Source of the DNA: the human T2T-CHM13v2.0 reference genome, Homo sapiens | Direction: 5' to 3' (one strand) | Length of the DNA stretch: 64,000 nt | Assembly: GCF_009914755.1 (NCBI RefSeq) | Contig: NC_060927.1 | Shown here: positions 14,865 to 31,259 of the stretch, one piece after another | How positions within the stretch are numbered: position 1 is the stretch's first letter | How the letters are laid out: each line of letters starts with the position of its first letter | Made by a program: the position numbers and the translations under genes | Notes under the pieces: model-generated | What the model was told of the DNA's origin: nothing | What the model saw: only the letters and a program-made list of their open reading frames with translations | Databases searched by the model: none

Positions 14865-15328
14865 TGTGAAAGTAAGTAATTCTAAATTTAAGCTGCTTGG
14901 AAATTTAAAATATTCTGAGCCTAAAAGGTGCCAGGGAAGACCTCTTTTCATTATTGATCTTCATTATAGATCTTCATTATAACTTTCTCCTTACCTTTCT
15001 TACATAAAGGCTTCATGATTATCACATTGCCTACAACGGAATGTTAAATACACTCATTTAAATTGGAAAGGAAATGAAAATAAGCTGTAAAGAAAACAAG
15101 CTGTAGAGAAAAGAAAACAAGCTCTAATTAATTAAATTGTAACTCATTGACCAGCCTTGGATAGAATTTCTTTTTTTCTGCCTATAGAAGCAAGACCTTA
15201 ACTTTTAATTTCAGAGCACTAACCTATTTCTCTGAAGTCCATGTTTCCAGGATGGCCATAATCAGCTTTTTACCTGAATAAACTCTTTAAAACTGGATTC
15301 TGATCCTTTTGATTATTTTAGTTAGTCA
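14865..15328 (+). mobile_element. ERV1 solo LTR (MER65-like)
   Basis: tgtgaaagtaag...gttagtca with 4-bp TSD gtat (14861-14864, 15329-15332); aataaa near 3' end. Confidence 0.78.
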
Positions 15329-15381
15329 GTATGCATCTCTTTTTTATTTAAAATGGCCAGTTGTGTATTATAGTGTAAGTA

Positions 15382-15758
15382 CAGTAGACCCCTGAACAAC
15401 ATGGGTTTGAACATCATGGGTCCACTTATACTCAGATTTTCCTCTACCTCTGCTACCCCAAGACAACAAAACCAATCCCTCCTCTTCCTCTTCCTCCTCA
15501 GTTTCTTCAACATGAAGACGACAAAGATGAAGACCTTTATGATGATCCATTACCACTTAATAAATAGTAAATATATTTTCTCTTCTTTATGATTTTCTTA
15601 ATAACATTGTCTTTTCTCTAGCATACTTTATTATACGAATACACTATATAATACATATAACATATATGTATTAGTTTATGTTATCAGTTAAGTCTTTCTG
15701 ACAACAGTGGGCTATTAGTAATTTAGTTTTGGTGAAGTCAATGTTCAAGGGTCAATTG
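15382..15758. mobile_element. Tigger2a-type DNA transposon
   Basis: TIRs cagtagacccctgaaca / tgttcaagggtcaattg with TA TSDs. Confidence 0.88.
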
Positions 15759-15903
15759 TACAGGCTCAGGTAAATAGGTTTTACACCTGGAAATGAGCAC
15801 TCTTTTCCTTCTGTTAGGCCTTTAGTGTGGGGATTGTGTTAATCTAGTCAGAGGTTAGTCTGAGTTTAAGGTTTGTAGCTATGGTTACAACCCTCAGTGA
15901 ACC

Positions 15904-16739
15904 TGTGATATTGTGATTTATAATACAAAATATATATTCGCTTTTTGTTCTTGTTTCCTGTTACACATCTCCTGAAGCACTTGGAATCTTCAAAGTGATG
16001 ACTGGTGGCTTGTGGGTTCCTGGATAGCCCCAAGATGGGGGAAACTGGTTGCTGTGAGAATGAACCCTGTGATTACAAAGTTGTAATTTTCAACCCCATC
16101 CCCTGATCTCCAGGGAGAGGAGAGGAACTAAAGGTTGAGTAAATCATCAATAGTCAGTGATTCCATCAATCATGTCTACACAAAAAAGCCTCCATAAAAA
16201 AACAAAAGGACAGGGTTGAGAGAGCTTCTAGGTTGCTGAACACATGGAGGTTCTGGAAGGATGGTGCAGCCAGAGAAGACGTGGAAGCTCCACACCCGTC
16301 TTCTCATACCTTACACTCTGCGTCTCTTCCATTTGGCTGTGCATCTTTATCCTTTGTAAAATGCTTTACAATAAATGAGCAAACATACGTGTTTCCTTGA
16401 GTTTTATAAGCCACTCTAGCAAATTAACCTGAGGAGGGGGATGCAGTAGTCTCTGATTTATGGCCAGTTAGTTAGAAGAACAGATCACAACCTGGGACTT
16501 GTGACTGGCATCTAAAGTGGGTGCAGTCTTGCAAGACTGAGCTCTGTGAGATCTGACATTATCCAGGTAGATCATGTCACAATTGAGTTAATACCAAGGT
16601 GGTATCTGCCAGAGAATTGCTGGGTTTATGGGGAAAAATTTCCACACATTTGGAGTCAAAAGCGTTCTGGAAGTATCGAGAATGATGAGTGGTGTGTGAA
16701 AATGGAAAAAAAACACTGTTTTATTTTCCTATTCTCACA
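15904..16739. mobile_element. MER21-type solo LTR
   Basis: tgtgatattgtgatttataat...attctcaca with TSD gaacc (15899-15903, 16740-16744). Confidence 0.82.
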
Positions 16740-17689
16740 GAACCATATACTTTAAATTTCTCTAGCAGTAACGTAAGAGTAAGAGCTGGTTTCCTAGAGG
16801 GTTTTCTCAGATCTTCTTCACCATCAGTTTTAAGTCTTCTCTTTATATTATGCCTTAGAGTGGCTGTGTTTTCAAATTCTTGTCTCACTCTCAGCAGTAT
16901 TGCAGTCTTACATGTTACATGACCTTCTTAATCTGATTGTGCAGGACATGTAGAGAGTGTTTTGTTTTGTTCTAATTAAGAACAAAATAAAATGTCTTAG
17001 AACGGCACCGTGTCCCTGGGTTTTGGGGGTGTGGTCTTCTCAATGCTCCCACCTCACTCCCAACTGTGGTTTGGGGCCAAGTCGGAATTCCTGCCTCCTT
17101 TACCAGTGGCAGCATGTTTTTTTCTGTTCTTCAACCCCCATCTTCAATGGGTTGTCACCATGCTTCTGAGTAGATTAAACTCTTATTCTGTGAGGGACAC
17201 AGGGGGCAGGAGTCCAGGTGAAATTTTGCACGATCACACAGTGGCTGTTGTTCCCTTCCTCCAGGCTTGCACTGTCAGAGATGCTTTATCAGAACTCTTG
17301 CCAGCCTTTATCGGTACCTGCTGGGATCCCTGGAGAAGAATATGCAAGGGAATAAGATTGTTCCTCTCCCTGTGACCTCCAGGGGCTTCATAATATTTTA
17401 CCAACCCACATTTATGCTGCGCCAATTTGTTACCTGTTTTAGCTGAATTATTCTTTCTGGTATCTTCTCATAACATCTACCCAAAGAAAGTAGATGCTTG
17501 GGTCCGTCTATCCCTGCAGATGCCTGACTCTTTTTATATTTTATCCTTATTAGCCACCCTACAAGCTCAGCTCTCTGATGGGTTCAAGAAAAGCCATGAA
17601 CTCATAGTTTGTTCATTTCTTTTTGCTCTAGAGGGTGTGTGTGATAACATTTCCAGCTTTCTACATTCCAAAGCAGAAACCAGAAGTCT

Positions 17690-17748
17690 GGATTTTTAAA
17701 AGCATTTCAGTTCATTTTAATGTGCATCCAATTTTGAAAACCATGGCC
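17690..17748. mobile_element. Distal half of the MER5 copy interrupted at ~14320
   Basis: atttttaaaagcatttcagttcattttaatgtgcatccaattttgaaaaccatgg resembles a MER5 terminus. Confidence 0.55.
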
Positions 17749-18464
17749 TTTTAGGAATAATCTTTGAAGGCAACGATATTCCTCAAGTCAGAAAATGTGT
17801 GCCTTGCCTTTTGCTGTTCATGTTATATTACTCAAAATATAAACAGGAGATCCTACTTTTAGTAGATTAATTAATGACACTAAGTTAATTTGCTTCTCAG
17901 TGTTTTCTTCCCATTTTACCTGTTTGGTTCAGGACCTTTTATGAGGCTATTAGCTTGATTTTATCACATTGACATTCCTGTATTTATTGCCAAACTAAGT
18001 GTATAGGTTTCTAGCTCCAAAACAAACAAACCAACACACAAAAGACAAAGAAAGGGAAAGATGAAGAAAAGATAATAACTGAAATGTACTCATACATTTT
18101 TCAAACCAGAGAATGATCAAACAAAAATAAATTAGTGGAAACTGAAGAAACAAATGAGAAGGGAATGAGTAGCACATATATTCTGTAATCAGCTTGTCAT
18201 ATACACATTTGAAGAAAGAATATGTCAGGTATATATTTTTCCAAGTCAATATACGAGACGTAAAATGAGAAATGGCCAACTTCATAAAATTACACATTTC
18301 TTTTCCATTATAAGAATACTGGAATAAAAATTAAAAGTTAGAATTGCCTTATTTAAAACAAAAAAAAAAAAACAGAGATTCAAAATGAATGATCACTTAA
18401 AATACTCCTTATATTGTTCTACACTGTGTTTTACAAATAGAACTTCCAGTGTTAGTGATTCTTA

Positions 18465-18850
<386 letters not shown>

Positions 18851-19137
18851 TTACTAAAATTTCCCTTATTATTCTCCTTTCAGTATTTATATTAGTATAT
18901 TAAAGGTACTATTTCTTAATACACTAACATTCTCAGTTTTAGAAACTTCACTTCCCAGATTCTTCTATCTTCACATATCTAATGTGAACTCAGAAAATTA
19001 TCTGACAAACATCTAACCAGTATTGTAGGAGCATCTAAAGACACTAAAGAAGAATTACAAAACAAAAATCATAAGGATTTTTCTGACTTTTGATTCATTT
19101 TGCTTCTACCTCTATTCCTTTTCAATATAACACAGAA

Positions 19138-19174
19138 ACACACACACACACACACAAATGCACACACACACACA
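19138..19174. repeat. Interrupted (CA)n microsatellite
   Basis: acacacac...aaatgcacacacacac. Confidence 0.85.
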
Positions 19175-22149
19175 GATGGCTACACACATTTATTTACAGA
19201 TAACTGATTTATATCCCTGGAAGTATTTAAACATGAAATGTAACCTCTAATTTTATATACAGTACACTTTCTTCCTCCTGGATACTATTCTATTTCATAT
19301 TCCAGATACACACCTAATCATGGTTGTATATGGAAAATTCATAACAAAGGGGAAGTATTAAAAATTCTGAAACATGTTTCTTTAATTCCAATTTCAACAA
19401 ACCTCCATTTTCACCTAGCTGTCTAGTCATATGCTTACTATTTCAAAATTGGGCAATTGCTATAAAGTGTAATCTAGGCTGACTTAATACCAGGAGTCAT
19501 TGATGTTGTGAACACAGCTTAAAATAACCTCCCAATTTAACAAAACACTGCTTAAATTACATGCGTTAAAAGTAGTACCTTTGGTAGGCTCATGCTTTAA
19601 CTGATATCAACAATTGCCCGAGAATGTGGAAGTCAGTGAACCAAAAAAGGAGCATTGCCAATTAATGCTTTTACAATCTGTGAGCAATTTGGAAACAGGT
19701 TTCCAAATGTAGACAAGAACACTAAAAACATTCAAGAAACTGCTGATGAACAAACCCTGGGGTGTATAGCTACAGTTGGGAATTTACCATCATTGTCTGG
19801 TCACACTAGGTCCTCTCAGCCACAGAGAATTGAGGGATCATGTGAAAATATATACATTTTATTTTTGTTGATTAAAATTTTACTAGTTTGTATTAAGGTG
19901 GATTTATTAGGTGAAAATAAATAAAAATATATTTATCCAAAAGATGTATACATGAACACACATAGTTCTCTTTCTTTGTGTAAGCCAGTCAGTTGCATCT
20001 GGCTGACTGCATTCTAGAAATCAGAGTGCACCCAAAAGTTCACAGGCCTCCACAGAAGTAGGGGTTAAAAAGGCAATTCAATCTAGCTTCAAGTTGGCAG
20101 AGTCACATCAGTCCAAAGTTCTCTCAGTGATCCACATAAGTGAGAGATTGTAATAATACTGAGCTATGAACAAAGGTAGGAAGAATACAGAGAATAATTT
20201 TCTGTAGCCCACTTATACTGGTTCCAGATAACCACTGTGCACTTCTTCCTGACTGCATTGGGAGCTTGAATTCAGCTATGAAAGGAAGAATTTAGAACAT
20301 GAAAAATAACAAATCAGGTTTGTTTATTTGTTTCTCCCAGAGAGCTAGTTTATTAGCATGTTTTTAGAATGTATGTTTACAATAAAAAATGACATGAATG
20401 TCAGTCAGTAAAACTTTTAGAGACATGCTGTGCATTTGTGTTCCAATTTTGGAGAAGCTTATGCTATGAAAAACTCAAGCCCCTTACTGAAGAAGAAATG
20501 CACTAGAAGGTCTATTTAAGGTGATATCCACAGACCAAAGCTTATTCTTATTTGCCCAGTATAACACAGTTTCTATTGATGAAGGTGCTCTATAAAATAG
20601 CTATATTTGCTAATTAACAGGTTGGCAACAATTTGCAATAAGAAGTAGAAAAGTACCTGAAATGATAGTGAAATTCAGTCCTTTTTAATTATCTTTTTTT
20701 CTACATCCTGAAGCACATTTTCTCCTTTCAAAATAAATGCGCTGCTCTTTGCCTGGAAGTACCAAACTATAAACCTGAAGGCCAGAAAATTTGTGGTTCA
20801 GATGAGAAAGTCTGGAAAAGCTGCCTAAGTGAACACTGTGTATTTTCTTTGCATGTGATGATAGAAACTTCATGTTTATCCTCCGATTTTCACTTTCTAG
20901 GCCAACACAATCTTGCAGTCTCTATTTTTCTTGATTCTTGTCCTGAATTAACCTCAAGGTGACTAAAGAAATCTTGGAATCTTATTATTGGAGTTATGCG
21001 TAATGTTCAGAACTAGGAAATATTCTGGTAACATTTGTGAGAGTTACCTTGATTTCAAGCTTTGCATTAATGTATCAGATGCGATACTAGAAAATGAATT
21101 CAGCCATTACAAAAACCTGCTGGAAAAAGTCAACTTTAATCTTAGAGAAAATCACTAGTGTTTCAACCACGCAGCAGCTGAAGTGAAAAGTGCACTGGAA
21201 ATAAGAGACATCAGAGTTTCGTTTCAAGGACTCTGGAAATTTTTAGTATCCAGATAATAATCCACATTTTTAATATTTAGAATGTTAAAATTGATCAAAA
21301 TTCAATTAGATGCTTTGAGTTTAGTAAGGCCGTAAACAAATAAAAATCATCAAAAACAAAAAACCAGAAAGCTTTTAGATGTTTAAAGTTTGTCCTTAAG
21401 GTGTAATTAGCAATGTTATTTATTAAATATTATGGCACAATTTTTCAAAGCAAATCATTCAGAATATTATTTTACACACTCTAAATCTTTGCTACACCTG
21501 AAGTTATGATATGAAAACAACACTAATAACACTTATGTATACCATACACATATTTTAGATAAATCATAAAGTGATGAATTACACTTTTGATTCCTACTAT
21601 TAAACACATATATTAAAGTACTAGAAATGAAATAAATTGTTAACTTTGTAAATGTATGTGTAAAGTTTTTAGTTTTTGTAATTTTAAAAAATATATAATA
21701 TTTCAAGTCAATTACTACACTTGAGCATGCTGTATATAACAGGAGTAGAGAAAGACAAAGGAGGGCTCCATCGTACACCCACAATGTATAACAGTGCATC
21801 TCTTACTCCTTAAAATCCCTATTTGTTGATGCCCAAATTTGGAAAAAAATCTATGCAAAGTTTAAAAAAAATTCAATGAACTCCACTAGTGAACCAATAT
21901 CCCCACTGAACCATTCTAGATGTCCACATGCCTAGTTGTCGCAGACATACCTGAGTCCAGAAATGCTAGAAGCTGCAAGAATTCTAGTCTGGGCATTGAT
22001 AAAGAAAAGACTGCAAAAATATATTGTGGATTCCCTAGGGCCTACCTTTGAATGGACTTAGCCACAGACAAAGCTCTAGGTTCCTCTTTTAGCTTTTCCA
22101 TATTGACTCCTGGGTTAGGGATAGTGAAAACTTACATCATAGAACTTAT

Positions 22150-22545
22150 TTTAGAGAAGTAAAATTAGCAAAATTGGTGGAGTAAGACCTCTGAACATTC
22201 TCTCCTTTGTAAAAGCTTTGAGCAACTGGCAAAAAATAGCTTTGTCAGAAATCTGGAAATTAACCAAAGACTTGCAGTAATCTGGAGAGTATTTGGTGAG
22301 AAATATGGTTTAATCTCAATAAAAAGAGCAAGCTTTGTGACATTTTAACTTGCCCTATTTTCACCCCACTCTCCAGATCCATGGTTGCCTCAAAAATCAA
22401 TAGCCCACAATTGCAATGAACACCAGCAGTCACGCAGCCCTCAGAGGAGGCAGAATGGGATTGGAGATCTGTCAAAGCCTCATTCTCAAAGGACTGTGGT
22501 ACATTGGAAGATCTGATTTGCAATGTTGGGTTTATTTGATCTGTC
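22150..22545 (+). mobile_element. Old L1M 5'UTR fragment (L1M4-like)
   Basis: Resembles an ancient L1 5' end (aattggtggagtaagacctctgaa...); from recall only. Confidence 0.5.
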
Positions 22546-22549
22546 TATG

Positions 22550-22875
22550 AACTCAGTCACAAAAAGACAAAAATAGCACAATTCCAAATCTATAGTAGTC
22601 AAACCATACTACTATGAATCTATCTAAAGTAGCGAAATTCATAGAAAGTAGTCAAATTCGTAGAAACAAGGTATATAATAGTGTATCAAGGGCTGGTGGC
22701 ATGAGGAAAAGGGAAGTTGTTTAATTGGTATAGAATTTCAGATTTTCAAGATGACAAGTTCTGAAGACTTGTTTTATAACAATGTGAATATCCTTAACAC
22801 TATTGAAATATATACTTAAAATGGTTAACATGGTAAATTTTATGTAATGTGTTTTTTCCCACAATAAGAAAAAAA
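22550..22875 (+). mobile_element. L1MB 3' end
   Basis: cagtcacaaaagacaaa...tacttaaaatggttaacatggtaaattttatgt...cacaataagaaaa. Confidence 0.8.
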
Positions 22876-22884
22876 TAGGAAAAA

Positions 22885-25249
<2,365 letters not shown>

Positions 25250-25644
25250 GAAACAGAAAAGAAGTTGTTAGAAAGAATTGCAAAACTTAGCCTAAAGAAG
25301 AATAAGAATGAGAATCCATAGCTGACCCTAATATTTTGGTGGAACAAGTTATTCGAGGTCAGATATGAATCTCTCACTATTTTCAGGAGATAAATTTAGC
25401 TTTTGTAATCCCTTTTCCAAAAATTGGTTCTGCAATTTATCAATATTGATCTCCTTTGGCAGCCTGGAGTGAAGAACATGGAAAATCAGGAAAGCTGTCT
25501 AATCAAATACCAAAATGTACTGCAAGACTGAAATAGTTAAAACACTATGGTTTTGGTCAACATGGTGATCAATGAAAATAATAGAAAGAATGGACCTATG
25601 CATTTATGCTATTCCAACTCATGATAAAAAATTATAAGTAAATC

Positions 25645-26271
<627 letters not shown>

Positions 26272-26792
26272 TTAATCAATAAAGGATAAACTATTATATA
26301 AAGAGATTAGGACAATTGGCTCTTCATTAAAAGAGAAAGTATGTTTGATTTCTACCTTAGAGAAACACAAAAGTAATTCTAGCTGGCTTAGTAATAAAAA
26401 TGTTTTTTTAAAAAAACTTGTTAAATTTAAATTTGCCTATTTCTGCATCACTCTGAGAAGTAGCTCTGGGAAGAAGGTAATCAGAAGATTTATGAAGATT
26501 TCCTCCTACTCCATACTTTTTCATAGGCCCTGAAACACACATTTCTAGTGAAGACTTACATGAATAGATCAAGGCCCTTGGGTTCATTCAAAACAATTAA
26601 TTCATAGAAGATTTCAAAATTTAGAAGTTAAGATACATAATATGCTAGAGTGTTTCTTACAGAACTTAATATTAATATTAATATATACTAATCTGTAATT
26701 TAAATAATACTTTAGACTTTTCCAAAAAAAATAGTCTTTGCAAGGAATGTAACTCTCTCCTGAGCTTTTGCATAAGCGTCAATCTACATGGC

Positions 26793-26920
26793 TTTTTTAA
26801 AACTTTTATGTTAGGTTCAGGGGTACATGAGGAGGTTTGTTATGTAGGTAAATTGCATATCATGAGGGTTTAGTATACAAATTATTTCATCAGCAAGGTA
26901 ATAAGCTTAGTAATCAATAG
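26793..26920 (-). mobile_element. L1PB 3' terminal fragment
   Basis: ttttttaaaacttttatgttaggttcaggggtacatg...aataagcttagtaatcaatagg. Confidence 0.8.
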
Positions 26921-26926
26921 GGAACT

Positions 26927-27057
26927 TTATATGATTTGGCTCTGTGTCCCCACCCAAATCTCACCTCTAATTGTAATCCCCACCAGTTAAGGCAGGGACC
27001 TGGTGGCAGGTGATTGGCCCTTGGTGGCAGTTTTCCCCATGCTGTTCTCATGATAGT
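26927..27057 (+). mobile_element. Truncated MaLR LTR (MSTA-like) 5' part
   Basis: atatgatttggctctgtgtccccacccaaatctcacct...catgctgttctcatgatagt then ends abruptly. Confidence 0.8.
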
Positions 27058-27071
27058 TGTAGGGGTGTGGC

Positions 27072-28136
27072 CTTATTCTGGACATAGGAATGGACAAAGA
27101 TTTTATGACGAAGACATCAAAAGCAATTGCTACAAAAGCAAAAATTGACAAATGGGATTTAATTACAGTAAAGAGCTTCGACACAGCAAAAGAAACTATC
27201 ATCAGAGTGAATAGACAACCGACAGAATGGGAGAACAATTTTGCAATCTATTTATCTGACAAAGGTCTAATATCCAGAGTCTATAAGAAACTTAAACAAA
27301 TTTACAAGAAAAAAATCATTAAAAAGTGGGCAAAGGACATGAACAGACACTTCCCAAAAGACATTCATGTGGCCAGCAAACACATAAAGAAAAGCTCAAA
27401 ATCACTGATCATTAGAGAAACGCAAATCAAAACCACAAGATACCATCTCATGCCAATCAGAATGGTGATTATTAAAAAGTCAAGAAACTGCAGATACTGG
27501 AGAGGTTGAGGATAAAAAGGAATGCTTTGACACTGTTGGGAGTATAAATTAGTTCAATCATTGTAGAAGACAGTGTGGTGATTCCTCAAAGATCTAGAGG
27601 CAGAAGTACCATTTGACCTAGCAATCTCATTACTGGGTATATACCCAAAGGAATGTGAATTATTCTATTATAAAAACACATTCACTGTAGCAATATTCAC
27701 AATAGCAAAGACATGAAATCAACCTAAATTTCCATCAATGGTAGACTGGATAAAGAAAATGTGGTACATATACATCATAGAATGCTATTCAGCCATAAAA
27801 AAGAATAAGATCACTTCCTGTGCAGCAACATGGATGGAGCTGGAGGCCATTTAGCAAACTATCGCACTAACAAAAAACCAAATCACGTATGTTCTTACTT
27901 ATAAGTGGGAAGTAAATGATGAGAACACATGGACATAAAGAGGGGAACAACAGACACTGAGGTCTATCAGATGGTGGAGGTTGGGAGGAGAGAGAGGATC
28001 AGGAAAAATAACTAATGGGTACTAGGCTTAATATTTAGGTGATGAAATAATCTGTACAATAAACCCCCATGACACACGTTTACCCATATAACATACCTGC
28101 ACGTGCATCCCTGAACTTAAAATAAAAGTTAAATAA
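27072..28136 (+). mobile_element. 5'-truncated L1PA (PA13-16-like) 3' ~1 kb
   Basis: ORF 27090-27509 ([23 protein letters not shown]) is ORF2p C-terminal; 3'UTR ggaaaaataactaatgggtactaggcttaat...aataaaagtt. Confidence 0.9.
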
Positions 28137-28149
28137 ATTTCAAAAGTTC

Positions 28150-29520
28150 TGTTTTTATCGATATATAATTCATATACCATAAAATTCACTATTTTAAACT
28201 GTACAAATCTGTGAATTTTAGTATATTTACAATATTGTGCAACCATCACCACCATTAATTTTAAAATGGTTCCACCAGCCAGTAAAGGAACTTCATACCA
28301 GTCAGTAGTCACTCAATTATCTCCTCACCCTGCCCCCTAGCATGTAACAACCACTAATCAAATTTCTGTCTCTACAGATTTGTCTATTCTGGACATTTCA
28401 TATGAATGGAATAATACATTATGTGATATTTTGTGTCTGGCTTTTTTCACGTAGTGTAATACTTTCAGGTTCAACCATGTTTTAGCATGTGCCCATATTT
28501 CATTTCTTATTCTGGATCACAACTATTTTATTTCATTGTAATGAATACACATTTTGTTCATTCATTTATCAGTTTATGGACTTTTGAGTTATTTTTACTT
28601 TTTGGCTGTTATGAAAACATTTACTATGACAATTGCATAGAAGTTCTTGTTTGAATTTATGTTTTCAATTCTTTGGATATATGCCTAAGTGGGATTTTTC
28701 TGGGTCACATGGTAAATCCATGTTTAACATTTTGAGGAGCTGGCAAACTGTTTTTCAAAGCAGCTGCACCATTTTATGTTTCCACTAGCAATATATGAGG
28801 ATTCCAATTTCTCCACATCCTCACTAGCACTTTTTATTTTCCTTTTTCTTTTTAATAGATATTAGTGGGTGTAAAGTGTTATAACATGGTTTTGGTTTAC
28901 ATTTTCCTAATGATTAGTGGCACTGACCATCATAATATGACCTTAACGTATTTTCAATATTTATATGATCTGTAATGATATTACTTTTTTCATATGTCAA
29001 ATAGATACCTTGTGTTTTTCTCCCACTTTGCCATTATGAGTCTTGCTAGAGTGTTATCAACTTTTAAATCTTTTCAAAGAACACACTTTTAGCTTTCTCA
29101 ATTTTCAGCTACGTATATTATACATATTTGCTTTAACTTTCATTATTTACTGCATTATCTTATTTCCTTTAGTTCAGTTTACTGATTTTATAGCTTCTTG
29201 AAATGTAAACCTAGGCCATTTATTTTTAAATTTTCCTATATTCTAATACAGGCATCATAGCTATAATTTTCCCCCAAAGCACTGATTCAACTACATCTTC
29301 TGCCCCAACTGATATATTGTATTAGCATTCAGTCAAAAATATTTTTTATTTCCATTTTGATTTTTGTTTTGACCCATGGGTTATCTGGAAGTTCACTGCT
29401 TAATCTAAATGTTTAGCTATTATCTAGTATTTTTCTGTTGTTTATTTCTAGTACATTTTCACTGTAGTCAGAAAACATACTGTATATGATTTAAATATTT
29501 GGAGACTTATTAAGACTTAA
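28150..29520 (-). mobile_element. L1MB 3' end plus older L1M ORF2 fragments
   Basis: atataattcatataccataaaattcactattttaaactgtacaa... is an antisense L1MB 3'UTR; T-rich antisense ORF2-like sequence follows. Confidence 0.75.
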
Positions 29521-29599
29521 AGTTCCAAGTATAAATAGGTCTGCAAAAGATCTAGAAAGAGTGACACCTTTCCATTTCAAGGGTTGGACTTTTCTATTT

Positions 29600-29629
29600 T
29601 TGTTGTTGTTGTTGTTGTTGTTGTTGTTC
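29600..29629. repeat. (TTG)n microsatellite
   Basis: About 9 perfect TTG units. Confidence 0.9.
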
Positions 29630-29640
29630 TTCACTGCTTT

Positions 29641-30103
29641 TGTAGCAGGACAAGCCTCAGACAAAACTCCTCACACACCGAGTTAAAGAAGGAAGGGCTT
29701 TATTCGGCCGGGAGCTTCGGCAAGACTCACATCTCCAACAACTGAGCTCCCCGAGTGAGCAATTCTTGTCCCTTTTAAGGGCTCACAACTCTAAGGGGGT
29801 CTGCGTGAGAGGGTTGTGATCGATTGTGCAAGCAGGTGGTACATGACTGGGGGCTGCATTCACCGGTAATTAGAACAGAACTGAACAGGACAGGGATTTT
29901 CACAGTGCTTTTCTATACAATGTCTGTAATCTATAGATAACATAACCAATTAGGTCAGGGGTCAATCTTTAACTACCAGGCCCAGGGTGTGGCACCAGGC
30001 TGTCTGCTTGTGGATTTCATTTCTGCCTTTTAGTTTTTACTCCTTCTTTCTTTGGAGGCAGAAATTGGGCATAAGACAATATGAGGGGTGGACTCCTCCC
30101 TTA
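29641..30103 (-). mobile_element. LTR2 solo LTR (HERV-E/Harlequin group)
   Basis: Reverse strand starts taagggaggagtccacccctcatattgtcttatgcccaatttctgcctccaaagaaag and ends gtcctgctaca; TSD cttt (29637-29640, 30104-30107). Confidence 0.92.
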
Positions 30104-30639
30104 CTTTTATATATATATTTTAATGAAAAATATTGCTTAAAAGTATAACCTTAAAGAAAACTGTTCATGAACTCTATGTATGAATATGTATATTACCATT
30201 ATATAACAGGTATAATGTTTATATCACTTGGGAAAAATGAAGTTATTGAAAAGATGAATGCAGGTTATGCTCATTCAGCAATGTGATAAGCACATTTGAC
30301 TTTTGGAAAGTAAGTGGAAATTTTTCCAACATGATGTAGCACTGCTTCAGATTCTGTCTCTGAGCTTCTTAGAGTTAAACACTGACAGTGAATTGGAATA
30401 CGGATTTCTTATTGTACTTTGAAATTCCATTATTTTAAAATTCCATTTTTAAATGGAATTTTAGCCATTTAAATTCCATTATAGCCATCTCTTCACTCAC
30501 AGAATGCATCTTCAGGCCCTCTGACTTGTCCGTCTTGTCAGCAGTTATTCTACTTGTTGATAACACACCACAACTTCAAATAACACAGAGCAATAAAGGG
30601 GTACAAGTAAAAGACAAAGTCATCCACACTCACTGGTTT

Positions 30640-30790
30640 TTATGTCTCTGAACAAGTTAACCAGCACTCTAACCTTCAGATTCCTCATTTGGATGACAAA
30701 AATTTACATTGCAAAGACATCAAGTCTTCAAAGGAATACCTTAAGTAAAGTATGAAATAGATTGTCTTTCACTTGAGTAGTACTTACAAA
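30640..30790 (+). mobile_element. MIR fragment
   Basis: ctgaacaagttaaccagcactctaaccttcagattcctcatttg core. Confidence 0.55.
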
Positions 30791-30907
30791 ACCTAAATTA
30801 TTTTCTTTCTATCCATTCTGATATGTTTATATGTTAAACTGAGTTTATTTGTAGCTAAAGTGTACCCAAATGGGGCAAGCAATATTTAGAACTAATTTGC
30901 ACATTCC

Positions 30908-31255
30908 AGATTAGGTTAGGTCCTGCTGCAATAACAAATGACACCAAAATCTCAAAGGCTTGAGATAATAAAGGTTATTTTTCTCTCTCACTACATGGTC
31001 AGCACAGATTGGCAAGGGGGATTTTGCTTAATGTATTTGCTCAAATCTAAGCTGATGGATATATGCTTCTAAATTTATACTGGCCATAGAAAAGAAATGT
31101 GGTGAATCATACGGGGGTTTTAAATTTCTTCTCAGAAATGACACACATCACTTGCGCCTACATTTTATTGCTAAAGTAATCACATGGCCACATCTAATAT
31201 CAAAATGTAGAGACAGAGAAGTGCACTTCTATAATGTGTCCAAAGGAGAAGGAGA
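30908..31255 (-). mobile_element. Old MaLR LTR (MLT1J/K-like)
   Basis: ttaggtcctgctgcaataacaaatgacaccaaaatctcaaaggctt...agtaatcacatggccacatctaa. Confidence 0.65.
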
Positions 31256-31259
31256 TTAT

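Larger units (their letters stand above)
14320..17690 (-). mobile_element. Old L1M (L1MC-like) fragments (3'UTR, ORF1, 5'UTR pieces) hosting three later insertions
   Basis: Antisense L1M-like sequence between insertions; MER5 sequence resumes at ~17690. Confidence 0.6.

Noticed and set aside
19655-19924. 89-aa ORF in unique sequence
   Set aside because: Non-ATG start, no recognisable domain, and length expected by chance.
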